This document shows positions 50,918 to 51,643 of a stretch of DNA of 51,643 bases, one piece after another (within the stretch, counting starts at the first letter, position 1; each line of letters opens with the position of its first letter). The translations under genes and the position numbers were made by a program. The DNA is from Candidatus Acidiferrales bacterium (GTDB lineage Bacteria; Acidobacteriota; Terriglobia; Acidiferrales; UBA7541): contig DASYNR010000339.1 in assembly GCA_036008485.1 (NCBI GenBank), forward strand, positions 1-51,643, given 5' to 3'. The notes beneath the pieces were generated by a model. That model saw only the letters and a list, made by a program, of their open reading frames with translations, made no database searches and had not been told where the DNA came from.

Positions 50918-51643
50918 ATGGCAGAAAAGAGTGAACTAGTCCGCGGGCGGCGAACGTTTTTGCGGACGGGAATTATTGGCGTGGTTGCGGCGACGATTGC
51001 GCCGAAGCTGAGCCCCTCGGTGCGGCCGCATATCGAAGTGACGAGCCTTAATAAGGACGAGCACCTCGATGCAGAGCGGGCAAATACAATTGGTGGCGCG
51101 GCGAGTCCCGTTGCGTCATTTGAGTTCGACGAAATTACGTTTGGCGAATTGCAGGACGGAATGAGATCCGGCAAGTACACAGCCCGTTCGATAACCGAAA
51201 AGTATTTGGCGCGAATCGAAGAGATTGATAAGCGCGGACCGGGGATTAATAGCGTGATTGAAGTGAATCCGGATGCTCTCGCGATTGCCGATGCGCTGGA
51301 CAAGAACGAGAGCAAAGTTCGCCATCCGCTGCACGGAATTCCCATCCTTATTAAGGACAACATTGACACGGCAGATCGTATGATGACGACCGCAGGGTCG
51401 CTGGCGCTGGTCGGCGCGAAGCCATTGAAGGACTCTTTTGTGGCGCGGCGGCTGCGCGCTGCTGGTGCCGTGATTTTAGGAAAAACGAATCCGAGCGAGT
51501 GGGCGAATATCCGCTCGAGCCATTCAACGAGTGGATGGAGCGGGCGCGGCGGACTCACAAAGAATCCATATGCGCTGGACAGGAATCCGTGCGGATCGAG
51601 TTCCGGTTCCGGCGCGGCAGCTTCCGCGAATTTGTGCGCGGCT
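50918..51643 (+). CDS. Amidase-signature (AS) family amidase with a Tat-type signal peptide, 3'-truncated by the window end (not in the supplied ORF track)
   Basis: My translation from the ATG at 50918 is open for 242 codons to the window end: MAEKSELVRGRRTFLRTGIIGVVAATIA (twin-Arg signal) ... HGIPILIKDNIDT ... GKTNPSEWAN ... NPCGSSSGSGAAASANL (AS-family Gly/Ser-rich motif with Ser-cisSer-Lys elements). Confidence 0.85.
   Translation, partial: MAEKSELVRGRRTFLRTGIIGVVAATIAPKLSPSVRPHIEVTSLNKDEHLDAERANTIGGAASPVASFEFDEITFGELQDGMRSGKYTARSITEKYLARIEEIDKRGPGINSVIEVNPDALAIADALDKNESKVRHPLHGIPILIKDNIDTADRMMTTAGSLALVGAKPLKDSFVARRLRAAGAVILGKTNPSEWANIRSSHSTSGWSGRGGLTKNPYALDRNPCGSSSGSGAAASANLCAA

Noticed and set aside
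1-51643. CRISPR arrays, tRNA/rRNA genes, IS elements/transposases, integrases and prophage genes
   Set aside because: Reading the intergenic regions and the ORF translations turned up no direct-repeat/spacer periodicity, no cloverleaf-like or rRNA-like segments and no transposase or integrase motifs. A proper scan (tRNAscan-SE, Infernal, ISfinder) would still be needed to exclude small elements.

Overview
This is a 51.6 kb chromosomal segment of a Gram-negative environmental bacterium. The gene content (PEP-CTERM sorting signal, large Wzx/Wzy EPS locus, ECF sigma/anti-sigma pair, LytS/LytTR pair) suggests an Acidobacteriota-like soil organism, but taxonomy cannot be verified from here. Layout: (1) 1-9.6 kb holds housekeeping and regulatory genes: a 5'-truncated M28 peptidase, tdh-kbl, an ECF sigma factor with an unusual anti-sigma factor, a secreted helical protein ending in CxxCH, and a LytS-type kinase with a LytTR regulator. 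(2) 9.6-29.4 kb is an all-minus-strand, tightly packed Wzx/Wzy-type exopolysaccharide locus. It has 5 GT-B glycosyltransferases, 2 FkbM methyltransferases, an acyltransferase-3, Wzx, a GT-C/GT2 pair, an SDR epimerase/dehydratase, a Wzc BY-kinase, Wza, a Wzy/O-antigen-ligase-like protein and a TPR+CBM-like protein. (3) 29.5-44.2 kb is the unusual part. It contains a lasso-peptide-type maturation cassette in the order PqqD, HPrK-like kinase, B2 protease, B1/PqqD, Asn-synthetase-like cyclase with Ser in place of the catalytic Cys. Around it sit a PF14907-type nucleotidyltransferase, a PRMT-like methyltransferase with a PqqD/RRE-like C-terminus, a 617-aa GT-C-like membrane protein, a JmjC hydroxylase, a TPR/GT41 (OGT-like) transferase, a NodU/CmcH carbamoyltransferase and a P4H-like 2OG oxygenase. 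A 90-aa mini PEP-CTERM protein is embedded in this region. I could not find a convincing precursor peptide gene or an exosortase in the window. (4) 44.5-51.6 kb holds a CarboxypepD_reg/TPR protein, queC-queE-(small membrane ORF)-queD, a DinG-like Fe-S helicase, a small secreted protein and a 3'-truncated Tat-signal amidase that is missing from the supplied ORF track. By eye I found no rRNA, tRNA, CRISPR array, transposase or integrase. All functional calls rest on motif recognition in the translations; no database search was run.
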